From NCBI GenBank assembly GCA_028355015.1, contig JAOMRN010000001.1, forward strand, positions 129,229 to 193,228: a stretch of DNA of 64,000 bases, written 5' to 3'. The notes under the pieces were generated by a model. It was given only the letters and a program-made list of their open reading frames with translations. It searched no databases and was not told the origin of the DNA. The translations under genes were made by a program, and so were the position numbers. This document shows, piece after piece, positions 56,085 through 64,000 of this stretch. This stretch comes from Methanobacteriota archaeon (GTDB lineage: Archaea; Thermoplasmatota; Poseidoniia; Poseidoniales; Thalassarchaeaceae). The stretch's first letter is position 1. Each line of letters starts with the position of its first letter.

Positions 56085-56182
56085 AACTTCTCACAACCAG
56101 TTGATTTCTATCTTCAACCGAATAGTGGTAAATCAATGTCTTATTGAACATTACTCATCCAAGACCAGAAATATCTTCTAAA

Positions 56183-56557
56183 TTATGAAAACAATCCAAT
56201 TCCAATCTTATATCCTGACCATGCCAAACCAATACTTCCCATAATTGTCAGAGTAACATAAATCATCGCATTAGAAAATTCATTTTCAGATAGATTAACG
56301 GTGTCCATTGCGAAAGCAGACATAGTGGTAAATGCTCCAAGAATACCAGTTCCAAATAGTAATAGATTATCTTGACTAATTAATGCATCAGCAGCGATAG
56401 CACCAAACATAATCCCAAGTAACAGTGATCCGATTAGATTCACCGTTACAGTGCCATAAGGAAGCCCTTCTGATGGCATAATATCTGAAATAATATATCT
56501 TAAAATGGCTCCTATAGCACCACCAATACCTACCAATAGCATCAGCCTACCATCCAT
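56183..56557 (-). CDS. crcB: Fluoride channel CrcB/FluC
   Basis: 124 aa with 'GGAIGAILRY', 'GTVTVNLIGSLLLG' and 'GILGAFTTMSAF'. Confidence 0.85.
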   Translation of the reverse strand: MDGRLMLLVGIGGAIGAILRYIISDIMPSEGLPYGTVTVNLIGSLLLGIMFGAIAADALISQDNLLLFGTGILGAFTTMSAFAMDTVNLSENEFSNAMIYVTLTIMGSIGLAWSGYKIGIGLFS

Positions 56558-56583
56558 AACCCTGCCAATAGATACTAGTTTTC

Positions 56584-57639
56584 ATGCCTTCGCTCGGAAT
56601 CGCGAGATTGAAGCCTGAAGTCGATGTCGAAGAGTCCGTGCGTATCATCTATGACTGGAGATTGGCCCGTGTTATAGACGATAATGAAGTGATTATTGAT
56701 GAATTATATTGGAACAGAGTCTCAACCAAGTCTCTAGTAAATCGTCTTTCAGATTTACAATCAGGTAGAATGACTTCTGAAGCACGTTCCTTGAAAGAAA
56801 GGTTCCCTGACGCTATTCCTGATTCTTTAGGGGTATTGTCATGTTCTGATTGGCCTGAATTATCCGAAGACGAAGTTCAGAAGTTCACTGAGGCGTCAAC
56901 TCGTTTAGCTAAGCGTGGTGTTGCAGATTCTTCAGGAGACATCGATAGACGTCTAGATATGATGGTAGGTGCAAATAATGAACTCAGATCATCTTGGACC
57001 ACTCTTGAAGCCAGATGCATTGAGTGGATTGGTCTTTTTTTATCTGAACTTGATCTTGATAAAATGAGAAGAGAAATACCAGAGATAGTTTCCTCATCTT
57101 CATCAATTAATGAGGTTGCTGAACGATTTGAAGTTCCCGAAACTCTTCACCAACCCTCAGAAGACGAGTGGAGAGTTGTAAAATCTCAAGCACAATCAGT
57201 AGTTGATATTGCAGATAGGTTATCAAATCATGAAAATGCAATTAGAGTTCTAGCGAATGATTACTTGCCTAGTTTATCAGCATTAATTGGTCCTATTGGC
57301 GCTGCGAAATTAGTAGTTTTAGCAGGTGGAAGAGAACGATTAGCCCGTATGCCGTCAGGCAGTCTACAGGTATTAGGGGCGAATGCTGCTATGTCTGCAC
57401 ATCGACGAGGCGCACCTCCACCTAAGCATGGGGCAATTCTGTTTTCGATGCCAGCAGTCAGTCGTAGCCCTCGCTGGGTTCGAGGTAAAGTAGCAAGATA
57501 TTTGGCAGGTAAAGCAAGTATAGCTGTAAGAATAGATCATTTTAATGGTGAACCGTGGACTAAGGAAGAAGTTTCGAAAATACATAAAGAAGCAGAGTCG
57601 ATAAAAGATAGATTCCCAAAACCTCCTAAAAGGAAGTGA
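56584..57639 (+). CDS. nop5: Nop56/58 (Nop5) box C/D sRNP core protein
   Basis: 351 aa. The Nop domain reads 'IGAAKLVVLAGGRERLARMPSGSLQVLGA' and 'PKHGAILF..P.V...P...RGKVAR.LAGK.SIA.RID'. Confidence 0.9.
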   Translation: MPSLGIARLKPEVDVEESVRIIYDWRLARVIDDNEVIIDELYWNRVSTKSLVNRLSDLQSGRMTSEARSLKERFPDAIPDSLGVLSCSDWPELSEDEVQKFTEASTRLAKRGVADSSGDIDRRLDMMVGANNELRSSWTTLEARCIEWIGLFLSELDLDKMRREIPEIVSSSSSINEVAERFEVPETLHQPSEDEWRVVKSQAQSVVDIADRLSNHENAIRVLANDYLPSLSALIGPIGAAKLVVLAGGRERLARMPSGSLQVLGANAAMSAHRRGAPPPKHGAILFSMPAVSRSPRWVRGKVARYLAGKASIAVRIDHFNGEPWTKEEVSKIHKEAESIKDRFPKPPKRK

Positions 57640-57643
57640 ATTT

Positions 57644-58357
57644 ATGGCTCGAAGAAAACCTCAGAAATTAGCATGGGGGATACGTAAAGAGGGTCGTTCA
57701 TTGTGGACCCGAAATGCCGTAAGGGGTGTTTCAGTTAGAGGCGAGAAAAGGAAAAAAGACAGTCGCATTGAATGGCGTCACTGGGACCCTAATAAATCCA
57801 AAGTGGCTGCTAGCCTACTAAAAAGTAAGAAAGAGACTAGCCTGATGATTCCAGAAGTAGGTTCAACTTGTCTGTACTTGGGTGCGTCTTCAGGAACCAC
57901 AGTTAGTCATATTCACGACCATGTCTGTGGCTCAGGAAATCATCATAATGGTCAAATTATAGCCGTAGAGATAGCTCCAAGAATGATGAGAGATTTGAGT
58001 AAATTATCCGAAAATAGGCCCGGCTTGATTCCAGTTTTGGGAGATGCCAGAAATCCATTATCAATTGCTCCTTATCTTAGAGGAAAAGTAGATTGGATTC
58101 ATCAAGATATTAGCATAGCAGATCAAACGAAATCATTTTTACATATTTCAGAGATATTTCTCAAAGTTGGAGGGATTGGACTATTATCACTCAAAGCTGC
58201 TAGTGAAAGATGGATTGAAGGCGGCGATGATTCCAGATTTGAACAGGCCAAGGAATTAATCGAAGCAGATAGGACAATTTCTTTACTGGAGAATATTGAT
58301 ATCTCTCATTTTGAATCTCAACATCGAGTTTTTGTTATTCGAAAAAATAGTAATTAA
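57644..58357 (+). CDS. flpA: Fibrillarin rRNA/tRNA 2'-O-methyltransferase
   Basis: 237 aa with 'WDPNKSKVAA' and SAM motif 'CLYLGASSGTTVSHIHD'. It lies immediately downstream of nop5, as is typical in archaea. Confidence 0.9.
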   Translation: MARRKPQKLAWGIRKEGRSLWTRNAVRGVSVRGEKRKKDSRIEWRHWDPNKSKVAASLLKSKKETSLMIPEVGSTCLYLGASSGTTVSHIHDHVCGSGNHHNGQIIAVEIAPRMMRDLSKLSENRPGLIPVLGDARNPLSIAPYLRGKVDWIHQDISIADQTKSFLHISEIFLKVGGIGLLSLKAASERWIEGGDDSRFEQAKELIEADRTISLLENIDISHFESQHRVFVIRKNSN

Positions 58358-58731
58358 TTATCCAGAAGTAGTCCCAAACCACCAATACTTCCAATAATTA
58401 GTAAAAATCCTAGGATGACTAAAATAGTGACACCAGTTACAATCCAACCTAATATCTGTGCTGCTTTTGCCATACTTGCATCTGGATGTCCTGGTTGACT
58501 ATTTGTGATTGTCAACGCTCCATTCGCTAAAATAATCGCAGGGATCGAGCAGCATATTCCACCACCTCCTGATCCAACTAGTAACACTGCTCCTATCGAT
58601 GAAAGAACGATTGCCAGAACGGCGTTTGTTTGGGTATATTGACCGACTGACGCCGCTTGAACTTGAACTGCGCTATTTGGATTCTTAGTTGGATTCGCCC
58701 AAGGTATTTCTTCACCATTATCCATGTTCAC
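58354..58731 (-). CDS. Small membrane protein
   Basis: 125 aa with 3 TM-like helices. Confidence 0.45.
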   Translation of the reverse strand: MNMDNGEEIPWANPTKNPNSAVQVQAASVGQYTQTNAVLAIVLSSIGAVLLVGSGGGGICCSIPAIILANGALTITNSQPGHPDASMAKAAQILGWIVTGVTILVILGFLLIIGSIGGLGLLLDN

Positions 58732-58825
58732 CCTACATGTAATCTATTATTGAACTATTCTATATTTATTTCATAAGACATATGTAGATAGTCAATATAA
58801 TGTAATCACCTCCTATGGTTCAATC

Positions 58826-59674
58826 ATGCCAGAAATGCCAGAGGTTGAAACGGTTCGCCGGGGACTTGTTCCACATTTGGTAGATACTACGATTAGTTTT
58901 GTAGATTTAAGGCGCCCAAACCTTCGTTTTCCGTTCCCCTCTGATTTTGAAGAAACACTGACTGGAGTTAAGATTGAGAAAATAGATAGGCGTTCTAAGT
59001 ATCTATTATTTCGTCTATCTAACGGATATACTTGGATGAGTCACCTTGGAATGACCGGAGTTTGGACTATTGGTTCAGATGGTTCAGGTAAACACGATCA
59101 TGTATATTTTGAATTTGATGATGGAGCTAAAACTGCAGTATATACTGACCACAGGCGTTTTGGTTTCATGGATACATTTCTGACATCCAAAGAGTCAGAG
59201 CAGAAATGGCTATCTAGTCTTGGCCCTGAACCTCTTACTGAAGAATTTACTACTGAAATTTTGAAGTCTAATCTTCAAGGTAAACGCTCTCCAATAAAGA
59301 GTACATTATTAGACCAGAGAGTAGTCTCTGGGCTTGGAAATATATATGTCAGTGAGATACTTTTCCGTTGTAAAATATCACCTTTAAGAACTGCAGCAGA
59401 GGTTGCAGGTAAAAGTAAGAAAGTTGGAGTCAAGGTGCAGCGTATTTTTGAGCATACAAATCAAGTTATAGCAGAAGCAATAATGGTAGGCGGTTCAACA
59501 ATTTCAGACTTCAGAGGCGTATCTGGAGAGTCTGATTTGGGTTATTTCGCGCAACAATTCAAAGTATTCAATCGTGAAGGTGAAGAGTGTGTAACTGAGT
59601 CATGCAAAGGAACTATTCTGAGGATAGTTCAATCAGGTCGTTCTACTTTTTATTGCCCTAAATGTCAACGATAA
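58826..59674 (+). CDS. mutM: Formamidopyrimidine-DNA glycosylase (Fpg/Nei family)
   Basis: 282 aa. It has the N-terminal 'MPEMPEVE' catalytic Pro/Glu, the H2TH region 'LLDQRVVSGLGNIYVSE' and the C-terminal zinc finger 'C....C...GRSTFYCPKCQ'. Confidence 0.9.
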   Translation: MPEMPEVETVRRGLVPHLVDTTISFVDLRRPNLRFPFPSDFEETLTGVKIEKIDRRSKYLLFRLSNGYTWMSHLGMTGVWTIGSDGSGKHDHVYFEFDDGAKTAVYTDHRRFGFMDTFLTSKESEQKWLSSLGPEPLTEEFTTEILKSNLQGKRSPIKSTLLDQRVVSGLGNIYVSEILFRCKISPLRTAAEVAGKSKKVGVKVQRIFEHTNQVIAEAIMVGGSTISDFRGVSGESDLGYFAQQFKVFNREGEECVTESCKGTILRIVQSGRSTFYCPKCQR

Positions 59675-59675
59675 A

Positions 59676-60464
59676 TCACTTCAATATTTGTTTTACAATA
59701 ATTAATTGTAACCACATGGGGGTTATTCTTGTAACTAGAGGTAATGGCTTATTTACTATTCCTGGCATTACCTCCCTTCTCCCTTTACGCATGGACTTAA
59801 TCGCAATATTTGCTACTTTATTTGCAGGTACTGCAGATAATTTTTCCATTCTACTAAGTTTCATACCTGCAACCTCTTGGAATCCTGTTACTACATAACC
59901 AGGGCAAAGTGCAGTCACTGTAACTCCTCTTTTTTTCAATTCTTTATGTAGCGCTCTTGAATACGAGAGGACATAGGCTTTTGTTGCACAATATACTGCA
60001 AACCCTGGTCCTGAAATATAAGCTGCAATAGATGCAACATTCATTATTTTCCCACTTCCTTTTTTGACCATCCGATTGCTGAATTCATGAGTTAATTTAG
60101 TTAATGCATGAATGTTTAGATCAATCATTTGCAATTGCCTTTCTGATTGCATTTCAGTGTGATTTCCTAGTATACCAAAACCCGCATTATTAACTAAAAT
60201 ATCGACTTCATCAACCTTTTGAATCACACTGTTAATGCCTTGTTCAGTAGTTAAATCAGCTACAATGACTTCACAATCGATATTATATTTTTCAGTCAGT
60301 TCTTTAGATAATTTTTCTAGTTCATTTTTTCTTCTAGCGCAAATAACTAGGTCACAATTCTGAGAGGCCAATATTCTCGCAATTTCCATACCTATGCCAC
60401 TAGAGGCACCAGTCACTAGAGCGCGTTCCTTATCCATAATCCTCACAATGCGTCCCTCTTGCAA
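59676..60464 (-). CDS. Short-chain dehydrogenase/reductase
   Basis: 262 aa with 'ALVTGASSGIGMEIA', 'NNAG' and 'YCATKAY'. Confidence 0.85.
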   Translation of the reverse strand: MQEGRIVRIMDKERALVTGASSGIGMEIARILASQNCDLVICARRKNELEKLSKELTEKYNIDCEVIVADLTTEQGINSVIQKVDEVDILVNNAGFGILGNHTEMQSERQLQMIDLNIHALTKLTHEFSNRMVKKGSGKIMNVASIAAYISGPGFAVYCATKAYVLSYSRALHKELKKRGVTVTALCPGYVVTGFQEVAGMKLSRMEKLSAVPANKVANIAIKSMRKGRREVMPGIVNKPLPLVTRITPMWLQLIIVKQILK

Positions 60465-60608
60465 TACCCGTATAATATCATGTTTAGTTTATATGTTTTG
60501 GAACTCAATGAAATAATCCAATACCTGTGTGCGCGGCAAATCATAACTTCTCTAGTTTTTGCTTGGTTGATATATGGTTAGGGAATAGTTGTTTATGGTA
60601 GTGATTAA

Positions 60609-61208
60609 ATGAGTACAAGTAAGAAAAATAAAAATATTTGGAGTCTGACTTTAGTTAGGTCAGGAGGATATACAATTAATGATGAATTAGAAGATGCTAT
60701 ATTTTCATTTGGTAGGACTGCTGAGGAAGTCAAAACATTCCCCAAACATCGAATACCGAAAGGATTAGTGAATTTACTAAAAAGAACTAATTTAGACGAA
60801 GAAGCTCTTGAAACAGGATTTTTTATAGAAATTTCGTCTAAATTAGTTAACCAAAAAGATTGGTTTAAGTTTGAAAATATTATTTCATCACAATCTAAAT
60901 CGTCCTGTCCCCATAGCTCCTCAGTAAGAGGCGTATTTTCAATAGTTGATGGATTTGATACCTTTGAATTAAACACTTTTCCTTGGGCCGGTTCCATGCC
61001 TAATCAGTTGTGGATAAGACCTAGCCCACTAGATGATATGACCTTGGCATGGGTACTTTCTCAAGACAAAATTCTTCGCAGCGATGTTAATGAACAAAAA
61101 ACTCTACATGACTTTTGGGAATTAGAAATAAGCAATCCTAAGCCTATTGAATATTTACGTCTTCCACCACCTCCAGAAACTCCATACAACTTCTTCGACG
61201 AAGAATAA
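60609..61208 (+). CDS. Hypothetical protein
   Basis: 199-aa ORF. No motif recognised. Confidence 0.4.
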   Translation: MSTSKKNKNIWSLTLVRSGGYTINDELEDAIFSFGRTAEEVKTFPKHRIPKGLVNLLKRTNLDEEALETGFFIEISSKLVNQKDWFKFENIISSQSKSSCPHSSSVRGVFSIVDGFDTFELNTFPWAGSMPNQLWIRPSPLDDMTLAWVLSQDKILRSDVNEQKTLHDFWELEISNPKPIEYLRLPPPPETPYNFFDEE

Positions 61209-61250
61209 TTAGAATAACATTGATGAGTATTATGTTTCCGAACACGGTTT

Positions 61251-61883
61251 ATGACATACACCATGCAACATAAATTGACTACCGAATTTATTGGAACATT
61301 TTTCCTTTCCCTTACTGTTTGTACTGCTGCAGTTTATGGTTCAGCGGGAGATTATGCACCATTTGCTATAGCATCGGCACTGATGGTTATGATCTATGCT
61401 GGAGGGCATATATCTGGGGCTCACTATAACCCTGCTGTAACTGTCTCAGTATACCTTAGAGGTGCTTGTGACAAGGATGATGTTCTACCATATATTGCTT
61501 CACAGATAGTAGCAGCAGTTTCTGCTGCTTTGATTGTAGAAAGGTTACTATTTCCTGATGCCCCTACACCTGAAATGTTTGAGTTAGGGACTGAGGCTGT
61601 AGTAGCAGAACTTCTCTTCACTTTCGCATTAGCCTATGTGATTTTGAATGTTGCAACTACTGAATCTACTTCAGGTAATGGTTACTATGGTGCTGCTATT
61701 GCACTTGTTGTACTTGCAGGTGCAATGACAGTAGGAAGTATTTCTCTTGGTTCATTCAATCCCGCAGTAACTAGTGCCCTAATCGTATCTGGGAAAGTTA
61801 GTCTTGCTGATTCATGGATGCATTTCGCTCCACAATTCATTGGAGCAGTTTTAGCAACATATGTTTACAAATTTACCCAATGA
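61251..61883 (+). CDS. Aquaporin/MIP-family channel
   Basis: 210 aa with two NPA boxes, 'SGAHYNPAVT' and 'GSFNPAVT'. The start may be the ATG at 61263. Confidence 0.85.
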   Translation: MTYTMQHKLTTEFIGTFFLSLTVCTAAVYGSAGDYAPFAIASALMVMIYAGGHISGAHYNPAVTVSVYLRGACDKDDVLPYIASQIVAAVSAALIVERLLFPDAPTPEMFELGTEAVVAELLFTFALAYVILNVATTESTSGNGYYGAAIALVVLAGAMTVGSISLGSFNPAVTSALIVSGKVSLADSWMHFAPQFIGAVLATYVYKFTQ

Positions 61884-62050
61884 GATAGTTCATAACTCTC
61901 ACCCCATATCCCATCTCATGGCAACTACCAAGAGAAAGAAATGTCTTGTTCTTGATACAGTTCCAGAAACAGGTGAGTTCTGTGAATATTGTGCATATGC
62001 TCATTCAGTATCGAAATTTTAGTTTCGTTTATATACCGTCAAGATGAACT

Positions 62051-62500
62051 ATGAATATGAAATGGGATGTAGTAATTTCTAAATCGATTGAAGATCAAAA
62101 TGAAGACTTAGGGATTTTTAATTGGAACTTCAAAAGTAGTAATACCCACTTGGGCTTGAACACTCAGGTTTCAGAGAAGGTTAAAGACCGTGAATGGGCT
62201 CTAAGGGTTAATTCATCTCTATTACATGGGATTGAAGATGGTTCTGAAGTTTGGGCTCAGGAAATTTTTCTCATTCCTAAGACAAACGAGAAGAAATCTT
62301 ACTCAGGTAAGACGAAGATTTTCTATTCTAAGTCATTACAAACTATTGGAAACCAGATCGGTCTTATCGAATTAGTTAATGATGAAATTAAAGAGGGAAT
62401 TTGGGGCGTTAAACATAATCCATTATGTTTTAATATTCATAATAGAGAACCTTGTTGGCATATCAGATTGCATAAAATAAGTAATGCTGAAGAGGAATAG
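62051..62500 (+). CDS. Hypothetical protein
   Basis: 149-aa ORF. No motif recognised. Confidence 0.4.
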   Translation: MNMKWDVVISKSIEDQNEDLGIFNWNFKSSNTHLGLNTQVSEKVKDREWALRVNSSLLHGIEDGSEVWAQEIFLIPKTNEKKSYSGKTKIFYSKSLQTIGNQIGLIELVNDEIKEGIWGVKHNPLCFNIHNREPCWHIRLHKISNAEEE

Positions 62501-62648
62501 GTGTTGAGCCGAATGATGTACCTGTTGAGCTCAACAGAAAAACTAAACTATTGAGTCCAATAGCCTATTTTGTTATGAGTTTACTACCTATTGACGCCAA
62601 TAGGTGTTGGAGTCAACAGGAAGAAAAATCACATGTTGGCGTCAACAT
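62501..62648. repeat. Array of five related short palindromes plus one half-site (half-site yTrTTGr)
   Basis: The five palindromes are CTGTTGAGCTCAACAG (62522-62537, perfect 16-mer), CTATTGagtcCAATAG (62548-62563), CTATTGacgcCAATAG (62588-62603), TGTTGgagtCAACA (62605-62618) and ATGTTGgcgtCAACAT (62633-62648). A TGTTGAG half-site lies at 62502-62508. Confidence 0.85.
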
Positions 62649-62791
62649 ATTGCGAGTTATGAAATTAAATATTTACAACTTTCACTAGTCTGATACTATT
62701 GTAATCATATGACTCCGAGGATGATTCAGATTCCGATGGAGATGATTTTGATTCATTTGTTGATTGGGCAGACTCTGTAGTTTGATTTTAT

Positions 62792-64000
62792 TCACATATT
62801 TCTGCGGAACTTTCCACCAGTCTCGAATAGTGCTTGTGTAACTTGTCCAACAGTACAATGTTCTACAATTTCCATCATTACTTCAAACAGGTTTCCACCT
62901 TCTCTAGCCACTTGTTTGAGTCTTGCTAGACCTTCTTCAGCTTCTTTAGCATGATTTTCTTTGAATGCTTTATTTCTGTCTATTACCATCATTCTTTCTT
63001 CTTTATCTGAACGTGTAACTTCAATGTCGAATTCTTCTAATGATAGCGAATTATCTACTCCCTCTTCGAAGGTGTTTACTCCGATAATTGGTAATTCTCC
63101 AGAGTGTTTTCTATGTTCGTAGATCATTGATTCATCTTGTATTCTATTTCTTTGATAATTTACTTCAAGAGCTCCAAGAACACCACCACGCCTATGCATT
63201 TCTTCGAATATTTTCAGTATCTCTTCTTCGACAGAATCAGTTAACCAATCTGCTACATGTGATCCTTGTAGTGGATTCTCATTTTGTAACCATCCATATT
63301 CTTTCGAAAGAATAAGTTGGATTGCTACTGCGTCTCTTACTGTGTCTTCAGTAGGTGTTCCAAATGCTTCATCTCGGGAGTTTGTGTGTAATGAATTTGC
63401 ATTATCTGCAAGTGCATAAAGTGCTTGTAATGTAGTACGATAATCATTCCATGTATATTCCTGAGCGTGTAATGATCTCCCACTACTTTGTATGTGATAC
63501 TTCAGTTTCTGACCCCGCTCATCAACTCCATACATGTCACGCATAGCAATAGCCCAGATTCTCCTACAGACTCTACCAATTACTGCATATTCAGGATCCA
63601 TTCCATTCGAGAAGAACCAACTAAAGTTTCTCAAGAATTTATTTGCATCTAATCCTCTAGAATTGAATAACTCAACATATGTTAGACCATTAGATAGAGT
63701 AAGAGCCGCTTGAGAAATCGGGTTAGCACCTGCTTCTGCAATATGGTATCCTGAGATTGAAACGAAGTAATGATTTCTTACTTCATTATCTACATAAAAC
63801 TCAGCAACATCACCCATCATTCTTAGTGCAGTATCTAGATTGAAAACTAGAGTATTTTGACCCATAGATTCTTTCAGTTGATCTGCTTGAACAGTTCCTC
63901 TAACAGTGTTTAGAGTTCTAGACTTAATTTCAGCATGTTCTTTCTCATCTGGTTCACGTCCATTTTCTTCTTCGAACTTCTTCACTTGTTGCCTAATTGC
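62792..64000 (-). CDS. Acyl-CoA mutase large (catalytic) subunit, methylmalonyl/isobutyryl-CoA mutase family (N-terminus beyond the window)
   Basis: The reading frame stays open to the window edge. 'RGTVQADQLKE' and the following TIM-barrel region are typical of B12-dependent acyl-CoA mutases. No B12-binding domain is present at the C-terminus. Confidence 0.8.
   Translation of the reverse strand, partial: AIRQQVKKFEEENGREPDEKEHAEIKSRTLNTVRGTVQADQLKESMGQNTLVFNLDTALRMMGDVAEFYVDNEVRNHYFVSISGYHIAEAGANPISQAALTLSNGLTYVELFNSRGLDANKFLRNFSWFFSNGMDPEYAVIGRVCRRIWAIAMRDMYGVDERGQKLKYHIQSSGRSLHAQEYTWNDYRTTLQALYALADNANSLHTNSRDEAFGTPTEDTVRDAVAIQLILSKEYGWLQNENPLQGSHVADWLTDSVEEEILKIFEEMHRRGGVLGALEVNYQRNRIQDESMIYEHRKHSGELPIIGVNTFEEGVDNSLSLEEFDIEVTRSDKEERMMVIDRNKAFKENHAKEAEEGLARLKQVAREGGNLFEVMMEIVEHCTVGQVTQALFETGGKFRRNM

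Noticed and set aside
56558-56583. A fluoride riboswitch upstream of crcB.
   Set aside because: Only 26 nt separate crcB from the divergent nop5 start, which is too short for the aptamer.
61918-62022. A 34-aa ORF MATTKRKKCLVLDTVPETGEFCEYCAYAHSVSKF with a C..CxxC..H pattern, possibly a small zinc-binding protein.
   Set aside because: It is too short, with only three Cys residues, and I cannot assess conservation. It is noted but not called.

Overview
The window reads as an AT-rich archaeal chromosome segment. Archaeal information-processing genes are present: Orc1/Cdc6, PCNA, TFS, Nop56/58, fibrillarin, Bud32 and a fused archaeal PPAT/DPCK. They are mixed with many bacterial-like metabolic genes: M17 aminopeptidase, agmatinase, NadA, MoaC/MoaE, GlpX, class I aldolase, biotin carboxylase, an acyl-CoA mutase and a crotonase/aldehyde dehydrogenase/3-hydroxyacyl-CoA dehydrogenase cluster. 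This mix fits a marine planktonic euryarchaeote of the MG-II/Thermoplasmatota type, but that lineage call is inference only. There are two tRNA-Gly genes, one GC-rich structured-RNA candidate, and a probable replication origin next to orc1/cdc6.

The standout is a visibly more AT-rich island at about 45.3-53.7 kb, with two halves.
- Minus strand: a tightly coupled operon for a beta-grasp ubiquitin-like protein ending in Gly, a JAMM/JAB peptidase with an exact HxHx7Sx2D motif, a 74-aa protein, a UBC-like E2 ('HICLDV...W') and a ThiF/E1-like adenylyltransferase. Upstream of it lie two or three unannotated glycine-zipper micro-ORFs, each behind a conserved ~105-nt leader with a hairpin, and a polytopic membrane protein.
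- Plus strand, divergent: a ~1307-aa T7/mitochondrial-type single-subunit RNA polymerase with all catalytic motifs intact, sitting behind four ~59-bp tandem repeats.

I know of no described archaeal system that combines these parts. All calls come from reading the sequence and the ORF translations. No searches or computations were run.
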